Shown here: positions 14,986 to 15,627 of the stretch, one piece after another
Layout of the letters: every line of letters starts with the position of its first letter
Position numbering within the stretch: the stretch's first letter is position 1
Origin: Desulfobulbaceae bacterium UBA5173
GTDB taxonomy: Bacteria; Desulfobacterota; Desulfobulbia; Desulfobulbales; Desulfobulbaceae
Length of the DNA: 15,627 nt
Reading direction: 5' to 3'
Assembly: GCA_002413355.1 (NCBI GenBank)
Contig: DHWV01000106.1
Location: forward strand, 1 to 15,627
Translations under genes and position numbers: made by a program
The notes under the pieces: generated by a model
What the model was told of the DNA's origin: nothing
The model's input: the letters and a program-made list of their open reading frames with translations, nothing else
Database searches by the model: none

Positions 14986-15234
14986 CTACCTTCCGCAGCA
15001 GCTTGTTCCTCCCTCTTTCCTCGTTTCCGGCACCCCCAGTTTTTTCAGAATCAGACCCAGCGGACAGAATTTACTGAAACCGAACTGAAACAGGTTGAAT
15101 CCGACAAACAGCGGCAGAAAAAGAAAATAATGATGAACGAACAGCGGGTTGCCCCCGCCGCAGTCAAAGCCTAAGCTCAGGCCGAGGATGATGAAAAATC
15201 CGGCAATGCTGTGAATCAAGTCAGTGATGATCAT
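14986..15234 (-). CDS. DUF2892 (YgaP-like) small two-TM membrane protein
   Basis: 82 aa. ...GFNLFQFGFSKFCPLGLILKKLG... matches the DUF2892 FxG-NL-Q-...-CP-...-L-LG signature. Strong SD AGGAGG upstream of ATG 15234. Confidence 0.75.
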   Translation of the reverse strand: MIITDLIHSIAGFFIILGLSLGFDCGGGNPLFVHHYFLFLPLFVGFNLFQFGFSKFCPLGLILKKLGVPETRKEGGTSCCGR

Positions 15235-15278
15235 AATGCTGCCTCCTGTGTTGGTTGATTTGCTGCCTGTTGTCAGCT

Positions 15279-15309
15279 TGAATCTCCCCCGATGTTCTTC
15301 GGGGAGATT
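15279..15309 (-). terminator. Hairpin immediately 3' of the DAHP synthase stop
   Basis: 9-bp stem AATCTCCCC / GGGGAGATT around an 11-nt loop (15289-15299), starting 4 nt after the stop codon. No clear U-tract on the minus strand. Confidence 0.35.
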
Positions 15310-15312
15310 TAT

Positions 15313-15627
15313 TCACGCTTTCAGCATTTCCGCAATCCTGAAGGCCATTTCCAGCGACTGCTCGGCGTTGAGGCGCGGATCGCAGGCGGTGCAGTAGTTG
15401 CGGCCCAGCCCTTCGTCGCTCAGACCACCGGCACCTCCGGTGCATTCGGTCACGTCGCCGGTCTGCTCGTCTGTGCCGGTCAGCTCGAAATGCACGCCGC
15501 CCGGAACAGCACCTTCACTGCCGCAGACCGCGAAGAAGCTCTTCAGCTCCGCGAGAATATCCTCAAAACTGCGGGTCTTGCAGCCGCTCAAGGCTTTGCG
15601 GATGTTGCCGTGCATCGGGTCGCAGCA
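15313..15627 (-). CDS. 3-deoxy-7-phosphoheptulonate (DAHP) synthase, class II; C-terminal 104 codons, 5' end outside the window
   Basis: CCDPMHGNI..., ...GGVHFELTG...VTECTGG..., ...CDPRLNAEQSLEMAF... are the conserved C-terminal blocks of class II (plant/Mycobacterium-type) DAHP synthases. The frame is open to the window edge. Confidence 0.9.
   Translation of the reverse strand, partial: CCDPMHGNIRKALSGCKTRSFEDILAELKSFFAVCGSEGAVPGGVHFELTGTDEQTGDVTECTGGAGGLSDEGLGRNYCTACDPRLNAEQSLEMAFRIAEMLKA

Overview
Chromosomal window from a Gram-negative bacterium. The lineage is a low-confidence guess, Desulfobacterota-like, based on the stand-alone atpZ-atpI-atpB-atpE cluster. All family calls come from remembered sequences and motifs; no search was run.

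Layout, left to right:
- a truncated hemL 3' fragment;
- the F0 half of the ATP synthase operon (atpZ, atpI, atpB, atpE) with a strong bidirectional terminator;
- an AT-rich control region;
- a complete type I-F1-like Csy/Cascade effector operon (cas8f, cas5f, cas7f, cas6f) with no cas1, no cas2-3 and no conventional CRISPR array on either flank;
- a convergent minus-strand block: a GT-C-like polytopic membrane protein, a YkgJ-type Cys-cluster protein, and a visibly AT-richer type II restriction-modification pair;
- a hydantoinase/oxoprolinase-family gene;
- a secreted outer-membrane protein with near-identical internal tandem repeats;
- a stand-alone CZB-domain protein, a DUF2892 membrane protein, and the 3' part of a class II DAHP synthase.

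The most interesting signal lies between atpE and cas8f. It is a divergently oriented, promoter-equipped two-repeat mini-CRISPR made of degenerate I-F repeats flanking a 20-nt spacer. The PAM-proximal 11 nt of the spacer (16/20 overall) match a CC-PAM-flanked site in the leader transcribed towards cas8f. Two of the four mismatches fall at positions 12 and 18, which do not pair in type I complexes. This looks like a nuclease-free, self-targeting Cascade regulatory or addiction module of the CreR/CreTA kind, attached to an orphan effector operon.
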